Below are positions 40,400-54,168 of a stretch of 64,000 bases of DNA, one piece after another. Source of the DNA: Halocafeteria seosinensis (Eukaryota); contig LVLI01000140.1 of NCBI GenBank assembly GCA_001687465.1, positions 186,001-250,000 of the forward strand. The letters run 5' to 3'. The notes beneath the pieces are model-generated. The model had not been told where the DNA came from, did no database searches, and saw nothing but the letters and a program-made list of their open reading frames with translations. Position 1 is the first letter of the stretch. Each line of letters starts with the position of its first letter. The translations under genes and the position numbers were made by a program.

Positions 40400-42880
40400 A
40401 TGATGGATTGCATAACACGCTCTCTCCGGAAGATGCAAGACTACGTCACCGTGTCGCTGTATTTCCATCTGGAAGCACTTCTAGTCGTGTACCTCACTTG
40501 GAGAATTTTGGAGACGAGACCCTTCCTGGGCCCGATGACGGCTGAACAACGTGAGTTGCATGCATTATTCAAAAAGTCACTGAAGTGCGCTTGAAACTTC
40601 CCTTTTCGCCGCAGGTGAGTATGAAAGCTCACTGGAGGAAACTTCGACCCAATTCCAAACTTATGGCGAACTGGCAAAGTATTTATGGTGTGTTTGTCTA
40701 CTAGCTTCGGGCACGGAAATCATCACTCAACAGGGGTTCTTGTACAAGTACGTGGGGCGACGAAATGGGGAATGTTTCACTGCATGGCGCATTGACAATT
40801 GGAAATTCGTATGTTTACCATCTACGCAGTGTTAGCACAAGGCGGTCCCCGAACATCACTTCAGGAGCACCCCTACATGGAATGACCGCTAGCATCATGG
40901 GAGTACCGCTGGTTGCGTTGAGTATCGCTAAAGTACTCATCTACACTAAATTGTCGCGACGTATGTATACATGAATGGGGGAAATCGTTGACTACATGCC
41001 TCTGTTGACTAGCGCGCTCTTCGAGCAGGGTACTATCATGATTCCGACATTGTCACGGAGGAGTTTTCTAGGTCGCATTCCCTGGATTTCTCGTTACTGG
41101 TTTTACAGTCTCTACTTGTGTCAAGCATGTCATACCTGTGTTACATTGTCTTGTCTAAGGCTAGATTTCTTAGTCAACTGCAGAGTGCCCTGGTTTCATC
41201 ATTAATTACGTTGACACTGTTGTTGGCTCTGAGTTACCAAAGTGAAATGGTAACATGGCCTAGCACGATATTTTTTTCGGAATTAACGGTCTTAGTTGCT
41301 ACGAAATTGGACAGTCTCGCTGGAACGATCGGAGCCATATCGTGGAAAGAAGCAATTATTATTTCACAAGGTATTTTTGCCGGTCTTTTTTTGGGAGGAT
41401 CAGTTTTGTGGAGAACTCTCCTGCGTGACGCGTTTACTCAAGCTACAGCTCTTCTAGTAGAAGGGAGTCAACTTACCGCGTCGCAACACACTGAAGCTGG
41501 ATCGTTGTCAGAAATGCCTATGGTGACTGCTGCTTTTCAGTTTAGCTGCATCCTCTTTATCACCTTGGCTCTTCCGTTCGTGGTCGTCTCCATCACAAGT
41601 GAGCAGCACCGTATCCGGCTTGCGTTGCTAGCAGGCTTATGGTTTTGTGCTGCACTAGCCCAGCTAATAATTATAAACACAATCGTATACACCGATCCGT
41701 TCCGCTGGATATACTTTTTTCTGACGTCGTCCTGGTGGAGACTAGGATTGATCGGTTACTGGGCGATATGGCTGCTTGTATTGATCGAATTACTTCGGCC
41801 TGGGACCACATGTGGCGACTACTTAAGGACGCATGTGCCAAACATCGTGATTCGCAAGGTGTTCCATGTGGTCGCAGTGGCTATGTTCGTTCCCGGAATT
41901 ATCATGGAACACCGCTGTATGCAGTTAGCATTTGTTGTGGCTCTCCAGGGACTGTTGATCTTGGAAATGCTTAGGATTTTGGGGTACTGGGAGTCTATAC
42001 ACACATTCATGTCGCAATTTACTGGTAGGTGGTCCGGATTGAATAAGTCATCGAGTTAATCAGTGAATGTAAAAGTTGATTCTCCTACCACAGACATAAG
42101 GGATGAGGGATATGTTATTTTGACTCATATATATCTCCTTCTAGGGTGTGCACTGCCGGTTTGGCTCACTGCCGTGTCCATTGCGTGTTTGCCAGGCTCA
42201 GGACAGATCATTGGAGAGCCCCACAACCATCCTTCGGCACACACACCGCAAAGCATGATGGTGTGGGTTAGCATTGCATCTTCCGCGGGTATCCTTTCAC
42301 TAGGCGTCGGCGACGCAGCGGTAAGTTACACGGTAAGTACTGGGGTGTCATATCCGAACACCGAAACTGGTTTGGGAATGCAGGCTGCCATGGTGGGGTC
42401 CTTAGCCGGGAAATCGAAATGGATTGGTTTTGTGAGCAAGTATGTGTATTTTCAATATACTCACCTTACTCTATCGATGGATAGCCTTCTCTATACAGGT
42501 CCAGAGAGACACTCAAGAGGCGGGTCCCTGACTCTATTGGGCGCAAGTCCGTTGAGGGAACTATGGCCTCCCTCCTTAGCATTCTTTTCGCTTCATCCAC
42601 TTTGATCAATGCATCCGACGTTCGCTCTTTGCTGCATCAGAACAAGAGTTTTCTCGGCATGTGTGATCAGGCTTCGCATGCATGTCAGCACATCGGGCTG
42701 ACGACAACAGAAACTGCCCCATCGCCACTACAGTCTCCAGGTGAGGGCGTTGCAGCGCATTATCGCTATATTCTGTTAGAATACTCAGCGTGGCTATCGT
42801 TATATGAGACGTTTACTAATTGCGTTGATAACTTAGTCATGCCGCTGTACGCCTGGGCAGCGTGCATTTTGCTACTTTGA
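40400..42880 (+). CDS. DOLK: Dolichol kinase (Sec59/DOLK), multi-exon
   Basis: IRKVFH, D.RDEGYVILTHIYLLLGCALPVW, AGILSLGVGDAA|AAMVGS, KSVEGT, DNLVMPLY; 5' exons assembled through phase-compatible introns. Confidence 0.9.
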
Positions 42881-42911
42881 ATGAAGAGCTTAGCTCTCAA
42901 TTCTGAAGCCC

Positions 42912-43705
42912 TTAATGGGAGGATCTCTTCTTGCCAGAAAAAAACCTTTGAAATATCGACGTTCCTGAACGATTTGGAGACCGTTTGGTTACGCCCCGCT
43001 TACTGTTGTCTACGAACGAGCGTTCTTGCTCGGTCACAACAAATGCTGAAGGCTGATATTCAACAGTACGGAAGTCCACTCCTCCAGGGCTTGTCGGCTC
43101 ATGGTATTCCGAGTAACCAAAAACTTCGATGTCCTCTTGAACTTGCTTCAGCCGGGCGCATTCAACTTTTGTCTGCAATCAGACAGTATCCGTTTCTGGA
43201 ATATCTGTGTCAGGTAGCATTGGAAGGAACAAGCACTCACCTCAGCCAGCGTCATTTCCCTGTCTCTCAGGGCGCGTTTCAATTCCTCGTTTTCATCTTG
43301 TAGGGTCTTGTTCTGCATTGCAAAAAGGGGCCACCATATTTTACTACAGGTCCTGTTCAGAAAAGGAAAACGAACCTCTTCCTCCAACCCATGAGTCCCC
43401 AAATCCTCATCGGTAGCGGTATAGCTTTCTCCGAAGTCTTGAGTCGCTTGTTCCAGTAGATAAGTTAACTCTTCTTTTTCTGCTTTTAGGGTATCGATGT
43501 CTGCTCTCTGCCTCCTCTGGATGGCGAAGCTAGAATCTCTGAGTCTCTCGTTTTCCGCGACAAGTTCGCTGACGTGAGCCTTGAGCTGTGCGATGCGTTC
43601 GTCCTTATCCTGCTCCGAGACATCATTGGACTTGTTGGTATCACTGACACCATTCGTAACGTCCTGGTGTTTTTCACCGTTATGACCTGCATTATCACGT
43701 TTCAT
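42912..43705 (-). CDS. Hypothetical coiled-coil protein, about 3 exons
   Basis: Heptad-rich segments (RIAQLKAHVSELVAENERLR; LAE|TKVECARLKQ) joined by GT-AG introns. Confidence 0.6.
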
Positions 43706-44296
43706 ATTTGTTCGCGGTAGTTACTATTTCTTGGAAGAACCCATTGTCGCGTACCACTTGATGATGCTGATTCGCTTTGCGCCGACATGATCAGCCACAC
43801 AAGAGCATAGCTATCTTGCTGCCCTTGTTATGCACATGCCACTCTACAAGTCGCCATCATTCACTCGTATCTCTAGCAGTTTGGGAGCCTCGTGGTCCCC
43901 GAATTCGCTGGTTAACCCCCTCTCGCCATATGGTGCAAGAAAACCAAGACAGTCTTATTCTGTTCCAATATCAAAATTGACCCGGTTAATATCCTGGAAG
44001 TAGGTCAAATACAGCTAATTCATGAAACATGGCTCAGTAGGGCTACAAGATGGCCAAACTTCAAGTTGAAGTTGAGCCATAGTGACACACACACGACATA
44101 CTGACGGCGATATTGCTGGTATCAGGGAATAACAGGTCGATTTACACTTCATATTGTTGGTTCAGTGCTTGGTACTCCTACTGTCTTCTTCGCTGTGGGA
44201 GTAGTGGTTTAACTGGGACAGTATAAGCCATATTGAACGTGGTGTAGCGTCATTGCTGCGTGAAGTTTACATAGTGCCTGTATATCCTCGAATACA

Positions 44297-45821
44297 ATGC
44301 CACGAGGCCGCTCAACCAACAGAAAACGGAGGGAGAGATCCCGTGAGAAACGAGTGGACAAGGAGCTCTTAGAACCCAACACAGAAAAACTTGCGCAAGA
44401 CGACAGTTTAACTAAAAGCAGGAATGAGGAGCTTTTCGCAGTAGATACAAAAGGTACGTGTGGAGAATATCGGAGACAATATGACTCTCAAGTTTTCATA
44501 TAGTTGATATTATGTTGTGCGTGTCATTTGCTGGTTGGTCCAGGTAGAAGAGATAGTCAGCCTCGGTATAAGTCCTCGGGCGGAGAGGGCAGTGACCCTC
44601 TCGAACCAGCGGAGGAAACAAATTTGCATGAGGTTTTGGATGAACTAAGTGATTCAAGCGATGAAGATAAAACAGTTCAGACTTCAAATAAGCATTCTGA
44701 AGAAAATGTGCTCGCCGGTGGATCCACGTCTAATGTCAAGGTCTTTAAACGAGACCCGTCACCGCCCCGCTCCAAGAAAGAGGAGAAGGAAAAGCGGAAG
44801 TTCCTTGCCAAGACACAAAAGCGTCAGTACCGGATTGCTCACGAGCATTCTACAAAGAAAACCGAATCTGATACAAGCTTGCGGCCTAACGCACCCGTAA
44901 ATGATTTCCACCTTCAGGACCTGTGGGGATCCAACATCCAGTCTAAACAACAAACAACCAAGAAAAAGGGAGGCAAGAGCTACCGTGAAGGCTCTGCGAG
45001 ACCCGATATACCGGCTGTTGCAGTAGCTCATCCAGGCGCGAGCTATAATCCTAGCTATGAAGACCACGAAGATGCCATGGGAGAAGCAGTGGCTGAAGAA
45101 CTGGAGAAGGAAGACACTATTGAACGGAACATGAAAAGACAACGGCGTGATCCTGAGTTTATCAACCGACTGGATACCTCAGATCATGAAGAGGGAGGCG
45201 AGGAGGATACACCCGATGACACATCGATGAATCTTTCAGCAAACCCTTCGACTTCATGCAACAGGTTAACCAGGGTCCAGGTTAATAGGCGTATGAGACA
45301 CGAGGAAAAAGAGGCGGCTATCCAACAGGAGAAAGAAGAAAGGAAATTGCATGAACAGATTGATAGGTTCGTCGTTCTGCCAGTGTCGTGTTGTGTCATT
45401 TATATAATAAACTGTCTTTGTCACTGCAGAGTGGAAGAAATAGCCAAGTCGCTCGACCGAGAAGAAAACCGAAAAAAGCGACAGAAGGAAGCACGAAAGT
45501 TACAACGAGAAGCCGAGGAGAAACATAAGGCTTTGAAGTCTAAACGCGGAGGAAAAGAAATGTACGTTTTTGATGCTGCCTAGTTTGAAGACCCGGATAT
45601 TAGCACGTAATTCATTTTGCCGCAGGCCTTACGAACAAAACCGGCTACAAGTACCGTTGCCGGAGGAACTGACGAATAGCATGAGGTCGATGCCTTCTAC
45701 ACCTGCAACGACTAATCTCGTTAACGAGCGGTTTCGTAACATGGTCTACCATCGTGGACTTGTGGAACGAGGGAAGAAGCAACCGAGGCAGCGAGCTTGG
45801 AGAAAGTTTGTAGACAAATAA
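44297..45821 (+). CDS. NOP53: 60S ribosome biogenesis protein Nop53/GLTSCR2
   Basis: LFAVDTKG, DLWG, AVAVAHPGASYNPSYEDHEDAM, VPLPEELTNSMRSM...NLVNERFRNM..RGLVE; three introns. Confidence 0.9.
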
Positions 45822-46128
45822 TTGCCAAAGAAAAATATACACACAAGGTCATACAGTATGAATCGGCACATGCTATCCGCTTATTGCGATATACTCATGT
45901 TGTTAGCACTTCTATCCAAGCGCTGGTGTGAGTCAACAACGTGCGGAATGGGCTTCGCCGGCTTCCTATTTATTGCAACGAGCTACAAACGGTGTAACAC
46001 ATGTATCATTGACAGCATTGAGATACAGCGACCAAGAGAGAAAGCCAAATCCAAGTTATGTACCAATGGCCTTGCTATTTTGTCTGAAGTGACCCAGCCG
46101 TAGGGTATGGACTGCACGTACCACTGTA

Positions 46129-47418
46129 ATGTATCTACGATTTTCCTACCAAGAACCGATTCCGGGAAGGTCTTTAGAAGACGATGGGTTCGGAGGATGG
46201 ATAGAAAACAACCTAATCCTCCTTCTGGGGACAATCTTTGGTTGCCTACTGTTCTTGGGGTTCGTGTACTTGTATTGTAGAGCCAGAAAGCGCCGTCAGT
46301 TGGAAAAGGAAGAAAGAAAACAAGAGGAGCAACCAGAAGTAGATACAGACGTTCCTGTTATCGTTGACGACGAAGAGGGGTCTACACATGGGGAGGGAGC
46401 TAGCAAAGCAGGTGGAAAAAGCAAGGCAAAAGGGAAAAAACCAGCAGCGGCACGTGCAACGGACGTCGATGTGGAGAAATCACTATTCGACTTCGATGAT
46501 GAGTTCAGTGAACCAGTGTTGACACCCCCAGTAAATACCTCGACCAAGAGATTTCAGTTAGCGCATTTGGAGAAGCAGAAGCCGAAACATCATTCAATGG
46601 CACTAGAAATAGTGAGGAAGCTGAAATGGGCAGATGTAGGCAACGATTTAGCTCGAGTAACTTTGATGCAGGCAGCTTTGAACGCTATTCTTAAGTGGTA
46701 CACCGTCACACTATCGAGAAAAACAGTGGAAGAGAAAGGGGCAACAATCTTTCTGGACGGATGTTCGTGGGATCTTCTCCCTACAGAAGCAAAGTTGAAA
46801 CTTGTTGAGGTCCTTAGCAAGATAATCATGGCAGAAGAAATAACAGGACCTCATGAACTGGTAACAAAGGCGGAAAAGGTGTGCATACTATTCCAAACCG
46901 AATATAGACTGCATGAAGTGCTATTCAGCAACTTTGCGGAAGTTCATTTGCACCCCGAGGCAGAGAGCAGAATCAAGAGGCATAAATCAGCGTTTGAATT
47001 GTCCCCAACGGGTGAAGTCCTCTCAAACAACAGATACAATAGAAAGGCCTCGTACAGTGCGGCCAACCTGTCTGAGATGCGGAAAGGCAGCTTCTCTTCC
47101 GAAAGAAGGCAGTCAACGGCGTCAACCCCACCCACCGCGTTGAAAAGGAAAGGAAGTTCATCTTCAAAGAATGGAGGTACGAGTCGCAGAAAGTCGAGCG
47201 CATCCACTCCACATGGTCATCGCCGTCAGAGTAAGGATACTATTCGGGAGGAGCGACGACAGAGCGAGGTCGTCCCTCGTAAGGAGCCAAAGTCTCTGAG
47301 TGCTGTCAGTCGGCCAAGGAGTTCTAACATGCTTCCTAAGATACAGCAACAAAGCGGTGACAACGGATCACTTGGCTCTCGCCGAGGATCACACAAGGAA
47401 TTGCGCCGAGCTCCGTGA
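46129..47418 (+). CDS. Hypothetical single-pass membrane protein with basic/Ser-rich tail
   Basis: 429-aa ORF; transmembrane segment LILLLGTIFGCLLFLGFVYLYC followed by RARKRR. Confidence 0.7.
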   Translation: MYLRFSYQEPIPGRSLEDDGFGGWIENNLILLLGTIFGCLLFLGFVYLYCRARKRRQLEKEERKQEEQPEVDTDVPVIVDDEEGSTHGEGASKAGGKSKAKGKKPAAARATDVDVEKSLFDFDDEFSEPVLTPPVNTSTKRFQLAHLEKQKPKHHSMALEIVRKLKWADVGNDLARVTLMQAALNAILKWYTVTLSRKTVEEKGATIFLDGCSWDLLPTEAKLKLVEVLSKIIMAEEITGPHELVTKAEKVCILFQTEYRLHEVLFSNFAEVHLHPEAESRIKRHKSAFELSPTGEVLSNNRYNRKASYSAANLSEMRKGSFSSERRQSTASTPPTALKRKGSSSSKNGGTSRRKSSASTPHGHRRQSKDTIREERRQSEVVPRKEPKSLSAVSRPRSSNMLPKIQQQSGDNGSLGSRRGSHKELRRAP

Positions 47419-47828
47419 GACACAGGGGATTTTGTGGCATTCCGGCGTCCGATAGGCGTCAACGTAGTTCCATTCACTGAATGTAGCTGTATGCTTGAGG
47501 CGGAACTCGCCGCTTTCTATAACCCTACTTGCCAGTGTGTGGAACGATTACCAACACCAAATAATAACACCAGAGTTAGGATCCGTCCGTTCGAACTTAT
47601 TCGGAGCCATTTGCTGCAAACAAATTCTGATTTTTGCTCCTCTGTGTTGCGTCAATTTGTGCCACGTACAATCGTTTGTATCATATTGGTATGACAACGC
47701 GATCGGCTCAACTTGAAGTTTAGTCGTGCGCTGACGTACATATTCCAATCAATCTGTGTTGTCCACCTGCGTGAGTAGTTGGCCAGACATGCTCTTGAGA
47801 AGAACGGGGGAGTGATAGCGCTGAAGAG

Positions 47829-49420
47829 ATGTATCGACTGAGTTGCCACGTTCAGAACTACCCTTGGGGAAAGCCCGCAGAAGAGAGTTTGGTGGCTGAA
47901 TTCCAGGTAAGGATAGTCTCTTTCTCGCTCGATTTTTTTACTGCTACTCGGCGAGTTGAGAACAAATCCTTGTGGTGGCTGGGTGTGTGCAGGCCGCAAA
48001 TGAAGAGGATCCCTCCCTCGTGGAGAAGAACCGTGGAAAGCCATTCGCGGAGCTATGGTACGTCAGAGCGAATTCACAATGGAGGTTTACTGCTTCGATG
48101 ATGCATTCGGCTACATTCTTCAGGATGGGGACGCATCCAAATGGTCCGTCGAAGGTAGTAATGGAAGATGGATCCAAGATAACTTTGGATGAATGGCTGG
48201 AAGTAAGTGAACACGGTGGAACTTTTGCATCTTGGGATGAGCAAGGTCCAAGATCCTCCTACTTCTGCAGGGACACGGGCGCAATAACCAACAGAGCAGT
48301 TGCACTCTTCCATTCATGTTTAAGGTACTGTCAGTTAATAGAGCTCTGTCCATCCAGGTACGGTTGTCCCGCAACTTCCGAATTATTTTATATCCTGCGT
48401 GTTGTATTGCGGGGTCGGCTACAGGCACATCCGGACAAAGAGTTAGCCAAGAGACTTCACCACGATTACCCTGATATTTATAAGGATCCAAACCACAAAC
48501 CTGAATTGGCCTGTGCGTTAAGCAACTTTGAAGCCCTTTGTGGTTTCCGACCGAAAAAGAGTATACTCGAAGAATTTCGAAGAACGCCTGAACTGATGGA
48601 GCTCGTGAACCCAAGATCCTTCGAAGCATTCCAAGACCATGTTATGGAAGAAGAATGTGATGGCGAAAAGGCTAGAGCAACTGCCGCAAAACTATTCGAA
48701 GAATATATTTCATCAGAGGAGCCCGCTTCGACAGCAGCAGTTCAACGACTGATGGATAGGCTGAAAAGAGAAGATAGCACCAACGTCTCCATCTCCGACC
48801 AGATTGCCTTACGATTGCATAGTGATTTTCCTTTTGACATAGGCATATTTGCGCCTTATTGGTTGAACTATGTCCAACTGGATCCAGGCCAATCATTGTT
48901 CATGGAACCGAACGAACCGCATGCGTACCTAAAGGGGGATTGTGTAGAGTGTATGGCTTGCTCAGATAATGTTGTCCGCGCCGGATTAACAGGGAAATTT
49001 AAGGATGTTCAAACGCTTTGTTCTATGCTCACGTATAAGTACGTCAGAAATGATATGCTCCATAGTACATTGAACAATTTGGTACCTCATGTGTAAGTCG
49101 TGAAGTGCAGCATGAACCATGTTCCCATATCTGCTGGCGAACGAATTGATGCCAGAACCGTGAAGTACCAACCAGGGACTTCAGAGTTCATCCTTTACCG
49201 AATCGATTTGGCCCAGTATCAACGAATCACAATCATAAAATTCTCCCATCCATCCATTTGCCTTGTACTTTCTGGGAGCGGACAAACACCTGTTAAGTGG
49301 CTTACAAAAGGCCAAGTATACGCTATTGAAGGGGGACACGAGTGTGTTATCGAAAGTGGGGCTTCCGGGATTTCATTTTTTCAAATCTCTAGCCCTGAGA
49401 ACGACATGTCCAAAAGCTAA
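47829..49420 (+). CDS. MPI: Mannose-6-phosphate isomerase (type I PMI), multi-exon
   Basis: VQNYPWGK, AELW|MGTHPNGPS, LPFMFKVLSVNRALSIQ|AHPDK, YKDPNHKPE, FEALCGFRP, NEPHAYLKGDCVECMACSDNVVRAGLT. Confidence 0.96.
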
Positions 49421-49422
49421 AG

Positions 49423-51848
49423 CTACCAACCGCCATTCCGCGCCGGATACCGCGGAGGAGCCATTGCACCATAGGAGTCAATATTTGGTTGACTTCCTCC
49501 AGGGTCTGGTGGAGGCAAGTGGTGTCGTCCAAAGGCGCCCTGGGGATATCCTCTTCGATCATTGGGATACATCGGCCCCGACGTCATCGGCCGTGAACCA
49601 GCAACACCAAAATCTTGAGGCGAAGAGTGCATTCCCCTATTCGTATCAACATTGTCCCGAGGGTGCCATTGTGGAGCGCCCAAGGGCGAACTGTGATTTG
49701 CCAAGTTACCTTCCTGCGGTGGTGGAGCTGGGGCATTATATGGCGCATAATAAGAGGGCACGCGGTATGGGTCTTGCTGATAGTAATAGGGCAAATGTGT
49801 CGGCTGCAACGCTCGCTCTCCATATGCATCGTATTGCCTCGGGTATCCTCTTGCCATTCCGCCGTAATGTTGTTGGCTCGGAGGGGGTGGTGTTGGTGCC
49901 GCCGCAGGGAACTCGCCCGGTCTTCCTGAAGACCGTCTGTAAACAGCCATTTGTGGATGCGAGTCGGCATGATTACTGGAACCTCGAGATGGAACGCTGG
50001 ATTGGCCAATAGAATGTGATCTACTCCGCTCATTCATTTCAAATGCGGAAATGGCTCGGTCGCTTCGTTCCTCGTTTTTCTTCGAGTCATCATCTTCGCT
50101 TTCGTCCTGCGAATTCACCGAAGAAGTGGATGCCTCACTAAAACTGTCTCTTCGGCTTCCTCGCCGCTTCTTCTTGCGGGTGCTCATCTTTGTAGTTGTA
50201 GCTTCCTTGCCTTTTTTCGATGCAGACCTACTGCAGCATCGATGTTTAGCTGTTGCTAAAATCCCTACTGTAGATATGATTAGTGGATCAATTATTACTC
50301 GTGCCTTCGAAGTAACCCAACTGAAGCCTTCCAAGAAAAAACTTAGAAGAACCAACAAGAAGTTGGTTAGAATAGACATTATCGAATCCTCTTCAACCCT
50401 CTGGATGGCGTCTCTTAAGGTTCGCAATTCATTTTCCATTTGTATACGTTCATCCTCAGTTTCTTGCAAGATGTCATTTTTCAGTTGGCGCAGGACGCTA
50501 TTCTCCCAGTCTCGTTCTTGGGGAGTAACTGTATACAAGTCGTACTCTGTCTTATAATTCTCTAGCTGGTCTCGAATAGACTTAGGTATCTCCTGAAGCT
50601 GAGATTGGAGAGAAGAGATTTTTTGCCATTTCATGTCCAGTTCATTTTTTAAGCTTTGGTTATATGACTCCAGCTTTTCTAGCGCCGTTAAGCTACGGCT
50701 CATCCGCTGCTCAAAAGCGTCAACTTCCTCCTTTGATACAGGTACGCGAGTGTTCGTGGACGCTGATCGGCGAGACGGATTGCTAAACGACTTAGCTAAT
50801 ATTTCTGTGGAGGGTTCTTGAGCTCGGTTGTTGCTATCTCTGGATTCTGAGTACTCGCTTTTGTTATCGCTGCTCCCCTCCACGCTCTCACTTTCTGCAA
50901 CCGTGCTCAAGCGAGCCGACTGAGAGCCATTTTGGAGTGCCGGATGCGCATTTTCCGTCACACGCATCGGACTAGCTTGGGAACCATTATGCGGTCCATT
51001 GATTTGATGTCTACCACCCCGGGGGGATCCTGGGCCGTTATGGAGAGGGTCACCACCATTAAAGCTGCTGCTGGCCGGTCTCTTCTCTGGCTCTTTCCCG
51101 TCGGTAGCTGCTGTGGATGTAGAAAATGAACGCACGCCATTGTAAACTGCAACAAACCTCGATTCTGTATCCCCGACTGAAGAACTACTAGCAGTAGTGT
51201 CGCCATCCTTGCGGACCCGGATGGAACTCTGCGATCCACTGTCGTCGTCGCTTTCGCTAGTGTCGTCATTAGTGTTCAGGAAAAACCTAGACGCCCCTTG
51301 AGAATTTTGCTGCAAAAGGGAAACCTTATTCCTCTTATGTTCATCCGTTGGCGCGCCTTCGTTAGCCTCCTCTTCTGTGGGAGTGGACCCACCCTCACTC
51401 GTATGCCCTGGGCTTGGTTTAGAATTGGCTTTCTCCAGGTTACCGCCAACAAAATTCTTGAATATTTCTGTAAAACCAATCGACAAGACACGTTTCCACG
51501 ACGAAAATGAAATTGATTACGAAAGGATGAGCTTACTCCGCATGAAACTTCTTTGTTCCTGTGGGATAGCAGGTTTGGGGGAGGAGCCCGCTGAAGACGC
51601 CGAATTCTCGCCTGAAGAAGCTGCTCTCTGACGCCACCCATCACGGCTACGCTGTCGCACCAAATGCAAAATTATTTCACAATGGATAACGCGTCTACGT
51701 GGCGAATAAACGCGAAACAGATCATTGGACTTACCAGAGACGACCTCGGGTTAAACTGCCTTGGTCTACTACCAGCAGTTTTAGTTCGATCGGCTGTCTC
51801 TTGCGCATGTCTCTTGAACTCATTCGCGCGTTCTTCTCGACTTAACAT
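49423..51848 (-). CDS. Hypothetical low-complexity protein with coiled coil and hydrophobic hairpin (TMCC/TEX28-like architecture)
   Basis: 687-aa ORF extended 5' by two spliced exons (start MLSREER). Coiled coil followed by SILTNFLLVLLSFFLEGFSWV..IIDPLII. Confidence 0.6.
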
Positions 51849-52518
51849 CTTTCAAGAAAGACTTATCCGCGTGAGACGCCACTGAGTGCTCAGTACCAAG
51901 TGTCCAATGCTTAGCTGCCAGAATGACGTTTACCGAAAGCTACCCATGGTACTCTTAGCTGTATCGACGCGAAGCCGTGCCAATGAACAAGCGAGCACAA
52001 CCATTGGTTGAAAGACCTACTTACGAGACTGTTCTCGTGCATGCTTGTCCCTGCGCAGACGAGTTGGAAAGCTTCCTTGAATCTCAATGAACAATGTTCG
52101 TTGTTCGTCCAGGGCACCCAAGTTCAATAACGCAGCTAGAATGCGATGAACAGTGCCACAGATTCACCCATCCATTCCATGCACTCGTATAAGATGAAGG
52201 GGACAGTTCTACGACGTGTCAATATACATAAGCTTAAGTGGTAAATGGACGATGAACTGGAAAATAACCACCAAGTGGCAACTCCTTCCTGGAGACGGCA
52301 ATCTTTTGTTGGACCCATATACAGGGTGTGTTTCTGGTGTTTTTTAGGAGCACACACACATAGGCAAGTTTTCCGATTACAATGGTATTGATTATGCCTA
52401 TTCCTAGCCATTTAAGTGGTATGGAAGCTGAAATCCCCGTCGTAGGGTCCGTGTGTGATCTAGCCGCTTTGACGCATTTCAGGAGAGACTTAGTCTAGAA
52501 GGCTTAATTTCGAGCACA

Positions 52519-53469
52519 ATGGCTTACGTTTTCGGTCAGCGAGCACCGAGTAGGACATTGTCGATCGCTGTGCTGTTGGCGGTCGTTTTCGGGTTTGTTA
52601 TCAGAGGAACGGAAGGAATTCACTTCTACATCACGGAAGGCCAGCAACGATGTTTCTTGGAAGATACAGCTGAAGAAACTTTGATTGTAGCCCGCTATGA
52701 AAATCCTGACGTCAAGGAGTGGGGCGAACCAGGGTTTACAGAAACGGTATGAGTGTTTTTCCTCTAGTTGGATTTGGTTTCGTGAAGTAACTTGGAGTGT
52801 GTCTGCAGGGTATCCGCGTGGTTGTGACCAGTCCTTTAGGGAAGTTAGAAATGAGCAGAACCTTGACGAAAGAGGTAAGCAAACTTTATATAGGCGCCGT
52901 CTAGTTGGGTGAGATACACTAGTGTGTTATGTGTAATTCCAGGGTCGCTTTGCTTTCACTACGCATGAAGCAGGTGAGCATAGCATCTGCTTAGGCACAA
53001 ATAACACACGATGGTTTGGAGAACCTCGTCAATTTGTAAGTGGTCATGTAACGGCGCACTTCTCGATTAGATGTATTCTAATTTTCGTTCAATTGAACCG
53101 CAGAAGTTTGAATTGCAACTGGATGTCGGATCGACAGCTATCAACTACGAAGATGTAGCAAAGAAGGAGCATTTATCTACCCTGGCATTAGAAGTGAGAA
53201 AGCTTAACGATAAAGTACAGGACATCATCAAATCGCAATCCTATCAGCAGGTAAGTTATGACTTCCTGTTTTGAATGTTCTATTCCGTCAAGTTACAGTA
53301 AACCGTTCGAACACTACAGGAGCGCGAAATCCAGTTCAGAGACACCAGTGAAAGCACAAATTCCCGTGTCCAGTGGTGGAGCATTGTGCAAACGGCTGTA
53401 TGTGTTGCTTCGGGTGTATGGCAAACTATCCACTTGAAAAACTATTTCCGAAAGAAGAAACTTCAGTGA
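52519..53469 (+). CDS. TMED: p24/emp24/TMED GOLD-domain cargo receptor (TMED4/9-like)
   Basis: Signal peptide, [51 protein letters not shown]-terminal YFRKKKLQ dilysine motif; four introns. Confidence 0.93.
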
Positions 53470-53712
53470 TTGTACTTTTAGTAATGCTTAATATACGATA
53501 TGCGGACGGTGGCGGACGTGTGCTTTGTCTACACTACAGAATTCAAACAGTTGGTATGCTCAATTCTTGTCTATATACTCTATGCAAGGCACTGTTACTT
53601 TTCCATCCTCGTGGCACACAAATTTGTACATTGGGTTTCTCTAAAAGGACAAATCGGACTGGGATACAAGCCAACATTGACGTTTTCTAACTTGCAAAGA
53701 CATGTGTCGCCC

Positions 53713-54168
53713 TCAAAGTCCATAACCCTGTATCAGAGAATCCACATACTGGTAACCGTAGTAGCTTAGTCCTCCAAAAATTCCCATCAACACCGTATCT
53801 GTACAATCAGAAACATACCGGTCGGAGGTGTTTCAAAATCTGCGCCCAATGAAAAGGGGCTTCGTCACTCAGCACTTACTAAAGAGTACTTTCTCCCATC
53901 TATCTAGCATGTACAACCCCGTTGTCAGTTCATATTGGTATGTTCGTCGTCGACACCAGCCAATCGGTCCGCGGTATTTTTCAATTTCTTCTTGGGGGAT
54001 TCCGGCCACGGGGACTTGGGCAGATCTCTGCTGTGGCTGTCGCTGCTGCTGCTGCTGCTGTTGTCGAGCATTTGTTGAGGACTCATGATGCACTTGTTCC
54101 TGAACTATGCTGGAGGTGGTACCGGAATTTGTCTCCTTGCCTCCCGTACGCCGTCGTATCCCCGACAT
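53713..54168 (-). CDS. SPTSS: Serine palmitoyltransferase small subunit (ssSPT)-like, 2 exons
   Basis: YQYELTTGLYMLDRWEKVLF|NTVLMGIFGGLSYY matches the ssSPT motif YQY.L.T.LYML.PWE...FN; N-terminal polyQ extension. Confidence 0.85.
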
